DNA from: a virus
Lineage: Duplodnaviria > Caudoviricetes
Reading direction: 5' to 3' (one strand)
IMG/VR virus record: IMGVR_UViG_3300043672_000039
Location: 1-64,000 of that record
DNA: 64,000 nt
In this document: positions 63,672-64,000 of the stretch, in pieces
How positions within the stretch are numbered: position 1 is the stretch's first letter
Layout of the letters: each line of letters starts with the position of its first letter
Program-made: the position numbers and the translations under genes
Notes under the pieces: generated by a model
Told to the model about the DNA's origin: nothing
The model's input: the letters and a program-made list of their open reading frames with translations, nothing else
Databases searched by the model: none

Positions 63672-63805
63672 AGGACCCGACACCAAAACCCCCGGCTCCG
63701 GAAATAGTTTTGCGCATTACGGAACAAGGAGACGAACTGCGCTTAACGGAAGCAGGAGAGTTGAGGATTCTCGAAACGAAACCAGTCATACCGAACAAGG
63801 AATAA
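63668..63805 (+). CDS. Small protein (45 aa) with RITEQG..RLTEAGE motif
   Basis: Translated by hand; ATGA overlap. Confidence 0.6.
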   Translation: MKDPTPKPPAPEIVLRITEQGDELRLTEAGELRILETKPVIPNKE

Positions 63806-63809
63806 AATC

Positions 63810-64000
63810 ATGGCTACAAAAAAAATCTCAGAGTTAATCGCCGCCGCAGCGGCAGTCGGAACGGATCAGCATGAAGTCAATCAGGGCGGAGTCAGCAAGC
63901 GGTTGACGAATGCTCAGATTGCGACTTATATGGAGACCGCATTCGCGAGCCTTACGTTGACCGGAGGGGGTATTGCGCTTAATGCCGACGGGGGGGCCTC
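63810..64000 (+). CDS. Tail-fibre-like protein, 3'-truncated
   Basis: MATKKISEL..A..D.HEVNQGGVSKR.T, an N-terminus typical of fibre proteins. Confidence 0.6.
   Translation, partial: MATKKISELIAAAAAVGTDQHEVNQGGVSKRLTNAQIATYMETAFASLTLTGGGIALNADGGA

Noticed and set aside
1-64000. tRNA genes, integrase/att sites, stop-codon reassignment
   Set aside because: No cloverleaf or recombinase seen; standard-code ORFs tile the window and use all three stop codons

Overview
The window is most of a lytic, podovirus-like dsDNA bacteriophage genome, roughly 55% GC. The host is unknown; AT-rich leaders lacking Shine-Dalgarno sites and a Tat-type peptide weakly suggest a PVC-group host. Layout: (1) + strand 1-34.7 kb is the virion arm, with a partial portal, a scaffold-like protein, a glycosyltransferase/GDP-sugar epimerase cluster, major capsid, fibre/collagen proteins, tail adaptor and nozzle, a Cys-rich protein, ejection proteins and a 2419-aa polyvalent protein. 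(2) - strand 34.7-59.2 kb is the early/replication arm, with Nudix, phosphoesterase, RuvC-like, a phage sigma factor, primase-helicase, family A polymerase, SprT-like, Cas4-like, SF2 helicase, nucleotide-pool enzymes and many small ORFs. (3) A 63-bp inverted repeat around an AT-rich core sits at the divergence point (59.2-59.5 kb). (4) + strand 59.5-64 kb carries gmd, a possible small terminase, an HNH and small late genes. Eight free-standing homing endonucleases are present; no tRNA, CRISPR array or integrase was seen. Best leads: a probable virion-glycosylation system (four GT-like genes plus gmd and a GME-like epimerase, with Ser/Thr-rich candidate acceptors); a GTGACTGTT promoter motif that may be read by the phage sigma factor, mostly giving near-leaderless starts; and a repeated G-Q-x-Q-P linker that splits the giant virion protein into cassettes. 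All family assignments come from by-eye motif recognition, not database searches.
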